64,000 nucleotides of DNA from Harriotta raleighana. Lineage: Eukaryota. Each line of letters begins with the position of its first letter. Position 1 is the first letter of the stretch. The notes below the pieces were generated by a model. It searched no databases. It was given only the letters and a program-made list of their open reading frames with translations, and was not told the origin of the DNA. The stretch spans positions 210,662-274,661 of the forward strand of contig JBNZDD010013373.1 in the NCBI GenBank assembly GCA_050575255.1, in the 5' to 3' direction. The position numbers were made by a program, and so were the translations under genes. Shown piece by piece: positions 11,801 through 22,000 of the stretch.

Positions 11801-14394
11801 TTGGATATTTTTAAGAATGGTGTTGGATTTCCGTGTGTATCAGACACCTGGCTCACACCCACCACCCCCAAAAATTGCATTGGTATTCAGTATTTGGAAA
11901 ATATTAAGAGATATCTGGATAATTTACACTGAGTAGTAAACAGCAGTAAATTGACTGCAAAGATGAATAAAAAGCAACATTTTGCATCACTTTCAGAATT
12001 TGAACCTGCTATACTGTTAAGGAATGATTGATCAGTAATTAATTTTTAGTAAAACATAAAGGTAGAAATGTCTCAAATGCTACTGTTTTTCACCCATCAT
12101 TCTAAGAATTATTTCAAGTAGATTTTACATCTTCATTTTCTGTACCTTTTTATTTAAACAACAATTAGTGTATGTCTTCATTTTGACCTAGGCTCTTAGA
12201 ACTTTAACCTACAGTGTTTACTTTCCGTGTCTGAGAGAAAATGCTTCCGGTGAAGTATGAAGTAATACAATTTGGGGGACAAAATTAGCAGCTGTCATTG
12301 AAACTACTGTATTTGTTTTTGTTTCATTGTTTTAGCAAGTACTCATGGAATAGTGCATCTACTATCTCCAAATTTGAAACTGAGCATTAAACAGTTTCTT
12401 AATACTGTATCATATAAATAATAAATTGTTATAAATAACGTTATGAATGTTTTTGTATGGCTTTAGGCAGCAGTATCTCTCATTCACAGTATTTTGCTGC
12501 TCAATGCGTTATTTCGCATTTCTGATATGTCAGAAAAACAACCAAAATGATACCACATTTATTTATCTACAAAATAATTGAGCTTTTTGTCTCAGAAGTG
12601 AGTTTTATGCGGTATATTCTCACCTCATGTAACAACTGTTTCATTCGACTAGAACCCAGCCTTCTAGGAAGGGGGTTGAACAGAATAGAGAGAGGTTCAC
12701 AGAAAGCAGATTTCCTAGAAAAGCTCTTCCAGGTTTGTTGATAAGCTTTTGCTGCATATTTACAAATGAATACATGAAATAAAAATGAAAAGACTTATGA
12801 CTTTAGATACTTGCAGACATTTTATTTGTTATTATCTATAGAAATGTTGCTGTTTGCCTCTCTGAGATAGAAAGCGGATTTCACAATTCCTTTGTTTTAT
12901 GATCTCCCAAGATTTTTTTACATTTGAATGGCCTTGACCCCACCTCTCATGATCCCTCAGATGGGAGAAAGGGCAAAACCAGCTTGTNCCTCTCTGAGAT
13001 AGAAAGCGGATTTCACAATTCCTTTGTTTTATGATCTCCCAAGATTTTTTTACATTTGAATGGCCTTGTCCCCCACCTCTCATGATCCCTCAGATGGGAG
13101 AAAGGGCAAAACCAGCTTGTATAGGCTTCAGATATTTTGTACAGGAGGAGGGAAGGAATAATTGTAGAAGCATTATATTTTGTAGCTTTCTAACAACTTA
13201 ATGTGGCAGCAAGATTGTGAAAGCAAGACCCCATGGTTAGCTCCATGTATGCACATAGAGAAATTGTTTTACCTAAACTGAGTTTACTTGGGACAGCCTA
13301 GTGTGCCAATGTCCCCCCACCCCCCACCGGCAAAGGAAATGAATAGTTTAGCTGCTGTCAGGTTAATCTGTTACTTGTCTTTAACTTTACTCCAAGGAAA
13401 ACTGAGTTGCTAAGAGAAAGGTAGGCTCGGGAGAAGAGCGTGTGGGCTATCCCTATGGTGATGTGCCCGCTTCCACAATACCCCTTTCCTCTTATGTTAC
13501 TGGATCTTAACATCTTCTCATATTACATTCTCGGCATTATCATTCTGTCTCAATGTTTTGACCTATTTTTTGTAATTTTGTTTTTGTTTTTAAAAAAAAT
13601 CTCATTCCATATTCAGCAAGTTCTCCAAGTCAATCAGTTTAATCCACTTACACTTTTACTTCTGTATTTTAGTAGAATTTAACAAATCTCTTATGTAGAT
13701 TTCTTCTTTTTCTTAGTTTATTATAGACTATTAGTTGTCTTCTGGTCTGTTAGTTAAGTTACTCTTAACTTTAAACGTTGATAGTTTGAAAATTAGCCAT
13801 GTCTCCATGCAGTTTACACCATATGCAGTATTGCATGCCTTGTTTTAAATGGTATTTGTTGACACTACCTGAAAGTATTCACTGCTGTGAATTTTGACTG
13901 GAATAACAGTATGGCACAAACAATCAGATTTCTCTTTCCTTCATGGTTTTATTTAAGTGGGTCAGTGGAAATTTGTAATACAACCCAGCTATAGGAGAGC
14001 AAGCCAGTGAGAAATGGTTTAACTGTGCGGCAGAAAAGTGAAGCCATTGACAGTTATCGCTTTCATTGCACATATTTTGCTGCGGTCTCTGTTCCATGTT
14101 TGATATGGTGATTTATAGCAGAGTGGATTACGTTATAAATTGTAATCTCTGGAAGACTTAAGATTTCCTTTGTGACGTTGATAGCTTGCTGAACTACATA
14201 CAAAGAGCGAGAAAGACTGTTTGTTATAAATAGATGTCGAGAATTGAGAAAGACCCTACTGTATTGATCTAATCAAACGTTAAATTGAAATGTTTTAACA
14301 TGTTTGTGTTCTTTGAAGGAGTATGTCCAGGAAGAGTACTGAACACAAAATAAAACGATATGACAGTCTGAGGAAGCAGCACTCCATAGGATGA
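2682..14394 (+). CDS. CCP110: Centriolar coiled-coil protein 110 (whole gene). Exons 2682-2822, 4098-4226, 5735-7397, 7478-7605, 8233-8380, 8563-8711, 9455-9571, 9932-10033, 10123-10239, 11029-11108, 11340-11408, 11569-11628, [cassette 12653-12732], 14319-14394
   Basis: [65 protein letters not shown] and [12 protein letters not shown] match vertebrate CP110. All introns are GT-AG and phase-consistent. 992 aa with the cassette skipped, 1005 aa with it included. Confidence 0.95.
3250..3450 (-). mobile_element. L2-type LINE 3' fragment
   Basis: Reverse-complement similarity to 26030-26220. Confidence 0.7.
4098..4226 (+). CDS. CCP110: CCP110 coding exon 2
   Basis: [11 protein letters not shown]...[14 protein letters not shown]; cag/gt boundaries. 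Confidence 0.93.
4745..5130 (-). mobile_element. Degraded CR1 LINE 3' fragment
   Basis: CATAAGAACATAA tail; resembles the CR1 fragment at 36470-36950. Confidence 0.55.
5735..7397 (+). CDS. CCP110: CCP110 coding exon 3 (1663 nt)
   Basis: Long ORF with [33 protein letters not shown] and KRKLDL (RxL); donor GTAAGA. Confidence 0.95.
7478..7605 (+). CDS. CCP110: CCP110 coding exon 4
   Basis: [37 protein letters not shown]. Confidence 0.93.
8233..8380 (+). CDS. CCP110: CCP110 coding exon 5
   Basis: EIEDKERLF...DWKRISEN; donor GTGTGC chosen because it fits the phase. Confidence 0.8.
8563..8711 (+). CDS. CCP110: CCP110 coding exon 6
   Basis: NNLAMQSS...RSKPGWSQ. Confidence 0.85.
9030..9270 (+). 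mobile_element. Old, degraded DeuSINE-like remnant
   Basis: GAGACTTGAAACCGAG...GGAGTTTCTCCC...TCCTGGTCAA...TGTTTTGTGGGAC resembles the body of SacSINE1/AmnSINE1. Confidence 0.5.
9455..9571 (+). CDS. CCP110: CCP110 coding exon 7
   Basis: [30 protein letters not shown]. Confidence 0.93.
9932..10033 (+). CDS. CCP110: CCP110 coding exon 8
   Basis: [34 protein letters not shown]. Confidence 0.93.
10123..10239 (+). CDS. CCP110: CCP110 coding exon 9
   Basis: [39 protein letters not shown]. Confidence 0.93.
10311..10435 (-). mobile_element. SINE family A fragment
   Basis: AATAATCCTTGCATTTG...GCGTTTCACAGAATAC...GCAGCCAATTG. Confidence 0.8.
10699..11007. repeat. Tandem duplication, 154-bp period, two apparently identical copies
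   Basis: 10699-10852 is repeated at 10853-11006, with no N at the junction. Confidence 0.9.
11029..11108 (+). CDS. CCP110: CCP110 coding exon 10
   Basis: [27 protein letters not shown]. Confidence 0.93.
11340..11408 (+). CDS. CCP110: CCP110 coding exon 11
   Basis: [23 protein letters not shown]. Confidence 0.9.
11569..11628 (+). CDS. CCP110: CCP110 coding exon 12
   Basis: [20 protein letters not shown]. Confidence 0.9.
12653..12732 (+). CDS. CCP110: CCP110 alternative 80-nt cassette exon
   Basis: tag|...|GTTTGT; [27 protein letters not shown] resembles human [29 protein letters not shown]. Confidence 0.75.
14319..14394 (+). CDS. CCP110: CCP110 last coding exon (two reading frames)
   Basis: Skip frame gives [24 protein letters not shown]; inclusion frame gives [11 protein letters not shown] (stop 14351-14353). 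Confidence 0.88.
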
Positions 14395-15135
14395 ATATGT
14401 AACACTGTTGTCTGATGTCAGTAAACAAAGCAGACTTTCATTAACAACTCTGCAAAATGCACTTTTAACATATTATTCAAATAGGCAATGCCATTTAATT
14501 GCTGGAAGTGTCAAACTTCAAGTTCTAGAAGTATTAATTGCTGCATCTGTATAATTTATAAGTTAACGATTGGCATGCTTTTCATCGATGTTGGATCTGT
14601 GGCAGCTTCATAGAACACTTATTGCCCAGTCTTGTTCTGGTTTTGAGAGTGGAGAACAGTTATTGGAAACTGTAGAAATCAATATCTTAGCACTATCTTA
14701 ACCATATGTAGTGTCTTGATTATTGGCTGCAAACTTAAAAATTCCAAACTTAATTGATTTTGCTCTGAAAATGTAGAATGACTGTTGTGTTTGTGTTACT
14801 GGCTTAATGTGTAAAGAACAGACAGATGTTACAAGTAGGGATTTTTTAAAAAAAGTGTTTACTGCAAAACTGTTCGTTTGTCCAAAATTTTTTATTTTTT
14901 ATTTTAACCTATGACAGTATGCAATTTTCAGTCCATTTCTGTTTTTTGTGTGGAATGCCTATCGTATATTTTCAAGTTCGAAAGGGCTTCAATTTGAAAT
15001 GTGCCAGATTCCCAGTAAGTGCAAATGCAGTTTTGTTTTTATTTATGTTACATAAAATGCCTTTTTTTAATCCACTTAAGTTATTATTTTTATAATATTT
15101 TGTTGATGTATCCCTCATTGTTATGCATGAATCAG

Positions 15136-15141
15136 AATAAA
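15136..15141 (+). terminator. CCP110 polyadenylation signal AATAAA
   Basis: At the end of an AU-rich 3' UTR, followed by GU/U-rich sequence. Confidence 0.6.
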
Positions 15142-15371
15142 TTGAACTGAGTTACAAAAATTCCTTTGTCATTGTATCTTGTGCACTCTCAATACAGTAG
15201 CTGTAAATTCAGGGTTGAAAGACATATTTCAGTGCAATATGTGATAGCGATGTGATAGGATAGAAAAGTTAAGAAACATAATTCACACTTCACTGGTGAC
15301 AAATTGCACGTAAAGTATAGACTCAAATGGAGATGTCTGGATCAGTTAATATATTGCGTTTCACCCACAAA

Positions 15372-15655
15372 ATATAATAATCCTTGCATTTGATACAATG
15401 CTTTTCACGTCTTCCAGACACCTCAAAGTGCTTCACAGAATATACTGTAAAGTGAAGTGACTATATTTGTGGGGGATCCGCGGCAGCCAAGTGCGCACAG
15501 CAGTGTCCCACGTACAGCTGCAGACCCAATTATTTTTTGAGGGATTATCAGCCTTGTGGAGTAAGGAAATGTGCCCAAGGTTTCACTCTGACCGGCCGGG
15601 AATCGAACCCAGATCTCTTGCTTGTAAGGCGCGAGTGAGTGCTCAAAACCAATGA
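15372..15655 (-). mobile_element. tRNA-derived SINE family A, near full length
   Basis: B box GGTTCGATTCC on the - strand, Deu-like core, (ATT)n tail. Confidence 0.8.
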
Positions 15656-15704
15656 GTTTGGGGTTGGGGTGGGGGGACGGACACACACACACACACACAC
15701 ACCA

Positions 15705-15835
15705 CTGTGCCCCATTGGCTGCCGCCGTTCCCCCCCACAAATATATACACTCGATTCGCTTTACAGTCTATCCTGTGAAGCGCTTTGAGACGCCTAGAAG
15801 ACGTGAAAAGCACTATATCAAATGCAAGGATTAAT
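15705..15835 (+). mobile_element. SINE family A 3' fragment
   Basis: ATTGGCTGCC...CCACAAATATA...CAAATGCAAGGATTA. Confidence 0.8.
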
Positions 15836-15914
15836 TACAATCACAATTGTTATCTTGATGATGAGGAGGAGGATGATGAACACACTGCTACAAAGTGTTC
15901 AGATCAGTTGGAGC

Positions 15915-16054
15915 TCCGCGCATGCGTGTCCGTCCGCGCCCGTGGCCCCGCCCCCTCCCCCAACCTCTCGGCTCCATGGCAACGGGCTCCGTGGCAACGG
16001 TCGTCATGTGAGAGGTCAGAGGGCAGCAGCCCAGTCAGCTGATGGAATGGGAAG
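15915..16054 (+). promoter_or_regulatory. VPS35L: VPS35L CpG-rich promoter and 5' UTR
   Basis: NRF1-like GCGCATGCG near 15918; GC box; two X-box-like GGCTCC(A/G)TGGCAAC at 15970-15998; GTCATGTG E-box; AAGATGGC YY1-like motif over the ATG. Confidence 0.7.
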
Positions 16055-16071
16055 ATGGCTGCCGTTCAGTG
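16055..16071 (+). CDS. VPS35L: VPS35L exon 1 coding part (MAAVQW); second assembled copy at 16476-16492
   Basis: AAGATGG Kozak context; TG|GTGAGA donor in phase 2 matches exon 2. Confidence 0.85.
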
Positions 16072-19000
16072 GTGAGAGACTTGACAGCCCCAGCGCCTCA
16101 CCTCACCTCCTCTCCTGTCGTTATTATATTGCTGCACACACAGGGCTCACAGTCAGACAGTCCCGGGAGTGGGGTGTGGGGGGGGAGAGGGAGGGAGGGA
16201 GGGCGGGGCTCCCTGAGCAGGTCTCTCCCAGTGGAGACTGCAGTCTCTCCAGCCGCAAAAGCACTGAGCTCTCCCAGTGTCCNCTCTCCTGCCGTTATTA
16301 TATTGCTGCACACACAGGGCTCACAGTCAGACAGTCCCGGGAGTGGGGTGTGGGGNGCGCCCGTGGCCCCGCCCCCTCCCCCAACCTCTCGGCTCCATGG
16401 CAACGGGCTCCGTGGCAACGGTCGTCATGTGAGAGGTCAGAGGGCAGCAGCCCAGTCAGCTGATGGAATGGGAAGATGGCTGCCGTTCAGTGGTGAGAGA
16501 CTTGACAGCCCCAGCGCCTCACCTCCTCTCCTGCCGTTATTATATTGCTGCACACACAGGGCTCACAGTCAGACAGTCCCGGGAGTGGGGTGTGGGGTGG
16601 GGGGGAGAGGGAGGGAGGGAGGGCGGGGCTCCCTGAGCAGGTCTCTCCCAGTGGAGACTGCAGTCTCTCCAGCCGCAAAAGCACTGAGCTCTCCCAGTGT
16701 CCCAGGGTTGGGGTGAGGGGAGTGGGAGGAGGGGGGTGGGGGGGGTAGGGGGTGGGGGTGTGACAGGGGCTTCTTGTCCCGTCTTCAAATGCCTCATTGC
16801 CTGAAATGTGCAATAACAAACCTGACACTCGTTTCCTCTGTATAATGATGTGCTGTCTGTCCCCATTGATGTAATTGTGTGTGTGTGTATGTTGGAAGTA
16901 AAGTTCCTGTAAATAGTGAGGCTGTCATTTGATAAAGAATCTTTTGAGGCACCCATTCTAGGCGTTTCGCCCACAAAATATACATCGGGTTCACGTACCA
17001 TCCCTGTGATTGCGGTTTGAGACGTCTCGAAGACGCGCTAAGGCGCCGTGTCAAATGCAAGGATTGTTATTGTTGTTCTTATTTATTATTGTTGGCTCGA
17101 ATAGCGATAATGGTCCCTCCGTTTAATTCCTGCTGATAATAATGCCACATCAAGGCGTCGAAATGGCTCGGAGAACTTCACAGGATTGAGAATAAACAGA
17201 GCAAGCAGTTTAACCCAAACCCAAATCAGTGCACGGGAGTTTTGTTGAGCGTTAAAAGACGGGTCATTTTTGGAGTACACAGAGTCTTACCTCTTGATGG
17301 GTTTGCTTACCCTCGTTGAGGCATTTGTCAGAATGGGCTGTCGCAGAGAAATATTGGTGCGGTGGAAAGGTTCAGCTGGTGAAATATTGGTGCATTGCGA
17401 TTGAGGGGGCTATGAAGAATAAAAGTAGATGTGTTGAGGACAACATTTTGAAATGGCTGCAAATCTTGTTTATGTGGAAGTGTTGTTGATTTATATGTTT
17501 ATTTTGATTCCAAAGGCATTCCAGATGCAGGAATTACAAAGCTGAGCTGGAAACAAGTCGCTTTGAGGTTGTACCTGTGGAGTTTGGGGACTTCCATCCT
17601 CTGAAACTTATTACTGTAAGTTTAAAAGCTGTACAGCTAACTTGTGTCTATTGTCAATTCAATAGCAAACACTGGAAATTAAATCAATTAGTCAAATGAA
17701 GAGGATTATGAATATTCTTTATAAAATCCGTAATTGTTATAGTTTAACATCCTAACCAACAAACGTGTACACTTGCCATACATGTTTCCTGCCTTGCAGT
17801 TAGTGGTCTACCAATAGTAAAGCCTTCGTTCTAAACATACCTCTTCAATATTTTGGCGTTAGTAGGGATGGAATTGGATATTGCTTGAAAAATGCAACAT
17901 GAATATTTAAACAGTACATCATATCAAGCATGCAAGCGCATGTTCCATTTAATGTACATTTTCTTTTGTACATGAAAACTGTCAATCTTGTATTGCCTAG
18001 GGTACTGGAATCTATGGCTTTTCCATTGGCTTCTGCCTTCACATTACAAACCAACATCATAACAGCTAGTTTCATACTTGAACTGCGTTCTGCATAATCA
18101 GTTGTTTTCTCTGCGCAATTGGCTGCCGCGTTTCACCCACAAATATACAGTCAATTCACTTTAAGGTATATTCTGTGAAGTGCTTTGAGACATCGATAAG
18201 ATGTGAAAAGCGCTATATCAAATGCAAGGATTATTATTATTTTCCTCCTCTGACTGTAACTGCTGACTTAGCAAGTGGCTTGTTCATGCAGTGATATGTT
18301 CACAAGAGGTAAATCCATGAGTAATTGATTTGGTTGTCTTTTGCAGGTCACCGATTCAAAGACTAAGAAGGTTGGCCGTAAAGGAAGTACTTCCTCTACT
18401 TCCTCGTCCTCATCAAGTTCGATATTGGACCCTTTGAGCAGTTTGCTAGATGGCAGTGACCCACTGTCACTGTTTGCAGCAACAGCTGATCCTCTGACAT
18501 GCACTGCATCCAACACAACCGGGAAAAACAACACCAATATGGTACTTTTTTTTAACTGTAGAGGTGCCATAAAAGTTTGTTTTTAAGCTTGTTTGGAGAG
18601 AGATAGACTGACCTCCGAGTGTAGGCTAACAACACAAGTGGAAAAGAGTGGGAGAGGAAATTAAGAGTTCAGATAGATATAGTGCCTTGGGACTTCCTCC
18701 TGGTGTGAAATGCGCTCTATAAATGTAATTTTGTTGTTGGTAACATTGGTGATGCCTAGTTTAGATTTTCTAAATGTGTGGGTTTAGAGGAGGAAGGGAT
18801 AGGGGGAGTTATAATTCCACCTTGTTAAATTGGCTTGTTGGATAAGAAGCTGCCGATTAAAGGGATAATATTACTCATTTGGTTTATGGTGGAGTTAATC
18901 AAAACTAAGAACTGTTAAAGAAAATAATTGTCTTTGATACTTGAAGTCCTCTCCTCTTCACTCTCTCCCGCCCCTCCCCCCCACCCTGCCACTCTCCCTT

Positions 19001-22000
19001 GCTGGGGTCCCGACATGACTGTTAAGTGCCTTGGGACGTCCTTCCGACATGAAAGGCGCTCTGTAAATGTAATTTTGTTGTTTATTGTTGTTGTTTGTTT
19101 TATCTCACAAAGGATCTTGGCAAAAAGAAACGTGAACGAGATGAAGACACAGGAGTTGGAAGCGACTTTGAACCATGGTGTGGGAAACGCAGTGACATCC
19201 TTGCACGATACACAACCACAGAAAAGCTGTCCATAGTAAGAGAACACGGAAGGAAAAAGTTTAACTTGCTATCATGTCTGCTTTTATATTTATAAATTCA
19301 CATGCTTTTTTCTTTTATTATACATTCATGTTAAGAATACAGAAACTAATTTATATTTCTATAAAATGCATTCACATCAATTGCTAGTCGCAACAAGGCT
19401 GAGGACTCGAGGAGGACTATTTAATTCTGTGTCCCCTTTTTTTTCCTGGGTGGCTGCCAACACTTGCTTTGTGGCCCTATTTTTCACGTAACCTCTTAAG
19501 CGTTATGTGAAAACCCTCACCCCAAAAGCTGCTGAAACCCTGGTGCACACCTTTGTCACCTCTCAGCTGGACTATTGCAATGCCCTTCTCTCCAGTCTCC
19601 CCTCCTCCACAATCTACAGAGTCCATCTTATCCAGAACTCTGCCGCTCACATTCTCACCCACACCAAACTTCGCTCCCCCATTACCCCAGTCCTCAACAG
19701 ACTTCACTGGCTCCCTATCCCAGAGAGGATTGATTTCAAAATCCTCACCCTCATCTTCAAATCCCTCCACTCTCTCCTCAAACCAGCACCCGTTGCCTTC
19801 ACTCCACCAGGTCTGGCCTCTACCGCGTCCCCCGAATCCTCCGCTCCATCCTCGGCGGCCGTGCCTTCAGCCACTACTCCCTGAGACTCTGGAATTCCCT
19901 TCCTCACTTCCTTCGCCTCGCCCCCTCTTTTTCCAGTTTCAGGTCCCAGCTAAAGACTTTTCTCTGCAATCGCGCCTTTGGTTACCTTTCTACCCCTCCC
20001 CTGGCTCAGTCCAGGGATCCGCTATTGTGAAGCGCTCTGAGGCGCCATCCGGCGTGGAGGGCGCTATATAAATCAAAGTTGTTGTTGTTGGTTATATTTA
20101 TCAATCAATTAAAGTAAAGACAATTCTTGATTTTTGCACATGAAACCTTTGTGAGCTAGAATGCAGTGTATTTAAATGTGCTGTGAAAAATACTGGTTGT
20201 TCATTGTTGCAATTGTTTTGTTTGTTAGGATAATGTTTCTCGTCCCCCATTACTTTTTTTTCTTTCCCTAACAGAACCTGTTTATGGGCTCAGAAAAAGG
20301 TAAACCCTAATGAGATTAATATACAGTTTATTTACTACAGTGAGAATTGTTGAATTCTTTAACCTTTCTGCAAAATTGCCCGGTTTCGAGGCAACCAAAA
20401 CATTCTTTGATTTATTTCCTCTTCAGGTAAAGCTACGAGTCCTGGGTCTGCTGTTTCTGAAAAAGTAAGGAATCGATTAGAAGAATTGGATGATCTGGAA
20501 GAGGTAAAAAGAAAATTCTCACTTTTTAAAAAAAAAACATTGGTTCAAAGATAAGATATGCTGGGACAGTTAAATATATTTTGGCTGGGTGTTTGAGTTT
20601 GATAATTGTATAATGTAGAGCAATGGAAATCTATAACACTAGCCATTCAAATGCAAGGATTGTTATTATTATTCAACCATTATATTTGGTATTGTTTTTT
20701 GCGTCTCCAATGAAGAAATCTATCACAATACACTATCCTCCTCTTTCCCAATATCCTTTAATACTCTGCTCTGCATATTACCTATTGAAGTCATTGTGAT
20801 AGATTCTGCAGTTGTTCCTACCTCTGTTATTTACAGCTTTCATAACCTAGAATGTGTTTACAAAATTACAGAATCTATGGTTGCCAGCAAGATTAAGAAA
20901 ACATTGTTCAGGGACACACTGTGGTTTCGCCTCTTACAGAAAACGTTAACTTATTGCACTCCAGTCTTTGTAATGCAGTTTGTCACTATCTGAAAGTGCA
21001 ATAAAGGTTACAGCTATGGATTGCAAATAAAATCTGTCCCAAATTGTTTCACTTGAATTGAAACGTTAAATGTCACTAGCTGAATAGATTTCATGTGGAA
21101 TTGCTGATCAATTGTTGGCTGACACTTGCAATAGACTTTAATAAGTAATATCGGCAGGCAATAAAACAGAAACATCATAAGTTCCACCATAAAGCACAGG
21201 CTATTATTTCTTTCCACCTCAATAGAATAAAATCTTATTTCAAAAGTGTTTTTTGAAAGCTACAATAAAGCAAGAGGTATAACTGTTCCCTTCATATAAT
21301 GGAAATGCCCTCCAGTGTTGATAACCCAGCACTTAAGTGCAATAAATATTTGATCTTCAAGCAGTTTTACTGACTGTTCCATTCTCACATTAGAATATAC
21401 GCTCCTGAGAAATTGGTCTGCTTTGCAGACAAGATTGGGTGAATAACCAAAAGGCGTTTTTTTCACATCAATGTGTTCATATTTAATCTCGGTGAATAGT
21501 CCACGGAAGCTAGCCTCTCACTTTTTTCCCTGAAGGATATTGCGTTAATTTTTTCAACAGTTTGATAATTTTGTGTTTTATCCTTTCCTATTATTGTTCT
21601 TAGATTACAGACATTTTAGTGTAAAAAAATTATTTTCTAACTTGCTAATGAGGGCAGCAGTGCGTGGAGTCAGACTGTTCTTCTGAGAACCAAATTCCGT
21701 TCCCATTGTCTTATTAATTGACATCTATCTTTTCCCCAGGGGTCCCAAAAAGAGCTTTTGAATTTGACCCAACAGGATTATATCAACAGAATCGAGGAAC
21801 AGAACCAGTCGCTGAAAGACGCATGGGCTACAGATCAAAAAGTGAAAGCATTAAAAATAGTTATTCAGGTGAGTTTTACCCAAGTATAGTCGAGCAGATT
21901 TGGATTTCTTGTTTTTTTGCTTGCCTTCTTCTGCTGTACTTTTTGAAAATCGAAATCCTGTGCAACCTGTTATAGTAAATAGTGCTGATTTGGTTAATTT

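Noticed and set aside
12857-13120. 131-bp direct repeat
   Set aside because: Split by N12988; assembly overlap.
15936-16702. Apparent duplicated VPS35L promoter and first exon
   Set aside because: The copies start exactly at single N bases (16283, 16356) and are near-identical, as expected for contig or haplotype overlap.
21800-21802. Gln where the recalled human VPS35L has Leu (EEQNQSL vs EELNQSL)
   Set aside because: One base difference; cannot separate lineage change, polymorphism or sequencing error.
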